From Tubiluchus corallicola (taxonomy: Eukaryota > Animalia > Priapulida), in the NCBI GenBank assembly GCA_030141605.1, contig JAQGDQ010002498.1:1-17769 (forward strand): DNA of 17,769 bases. The letters run 5' to 3'. The notes beneath the pieces were generated by a model. The model was not told where the DNA came from. It ran no database searches and saw only the letters and a program-made list of their open reading frames with translations. A program made the translations under genes and the position numbers. Below are positions 17,334-17,769 of this stretch, piece after piece. How positions within the stretch are numbered: position 1 is the first letter of the stretch; every line of letters starts with the position of its first letter.

Positions 17334-17769
17334 TTAATATCCAGGATTTTGTGCAATTTTTGGATTTCTTTCTCTTACTACCATTGGGATAGGAAAAAGT
17401 TCATTATTGTTTTCTTTAAAGTATGTGTCCGCTACATACCTCCCTTTCCATCCAGAATCTCCTGTTAAATTTGAGTGATCTTCCAAGTTTTCTTGTGTCT
17501 GCTTCAACACATCTCCCAACATATTCCATCTAATAAGGTCATATTTCCTTAGTCCCTCAAAACAAAGCTCCCAAGCACGTTCTTTTTGTATAGCCTCTAA
17601 AAAGCCCTTATAGTCTAATCCTGCTAAATCATAAGTAGCATCATTTACACCAAATGCTCTTCGCCTCACCTCGTTAACAGCGTTGTATTTACTATAACCT
17701 GCTGATATAGGTGGGGATGCCTCCATTTTCTACCTCGTTCAAAGCCTCTGCATACATCAACAATATATC
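17334..17769 (-). pseudogene. susD: 3' end of a second RagB/SusD gene with an apparent frameshift at ~17695-17729
   Basis: The frame starting at 17769 reads DILLMYAEALNEVENG and stops at TAG 17694-17692. The +1 frame continues NAVNEVRRRA..ERAWELCFEGLRKYDLIRW..FPIP..QNPGY. Both halves are SusD motifs in the expected order. Confidence 0.85.

Noticed and set aside
2907-17694. TAG readthrough or recoding as the explanation for the two broken genes (both stop at TAG)
   Set aside because: In both cases the continuation is in a different frame, and intact genes such as rsgA end normally at TAG.

Overview
AT-rich Bacteroidota (probably Bacteroidia) DNA with every credible gene on the minus strand. 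Read in transcription order (right to left): the frameshifted 3' end of a SusD/RagB gene, a likely terminator, a UPF0104/LPG-synthase-TM membrane protein, and a Bacteroides-type sdhC-sdhA-sdhB (succinate dehydrogenase/fumarate reductase) operon with a small TM2-like membrane gene between sdhA and sdhB. Next come a conserved hypothetical protein and rsgA. After a ~260-bp regulatory spacer a polysaccharide utilization locus (PUL) begins: Cys-type sulfatase, susC, susD, a ~774-aa T9SS-secreted multidomain protein split by a frameshift, a clan GH-A glycoside hydrolase, and the start of another secreted protein at the window edge. The points most worth following up are the PUL promoter (perfect TTGAT-N4-ATCAA palindrome plus a 21-bp-spaced direct repeat), the T9SS cargo with an oversized C-terminal domain in the slot usually held by a lipoprotein, the gene inside the sdh operon, and two frameshifts confined to PUL-type genes. 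No RNA genes, CRISPR arrays or transposases were seen. All family calls are motif recognition by eye, not database searches.
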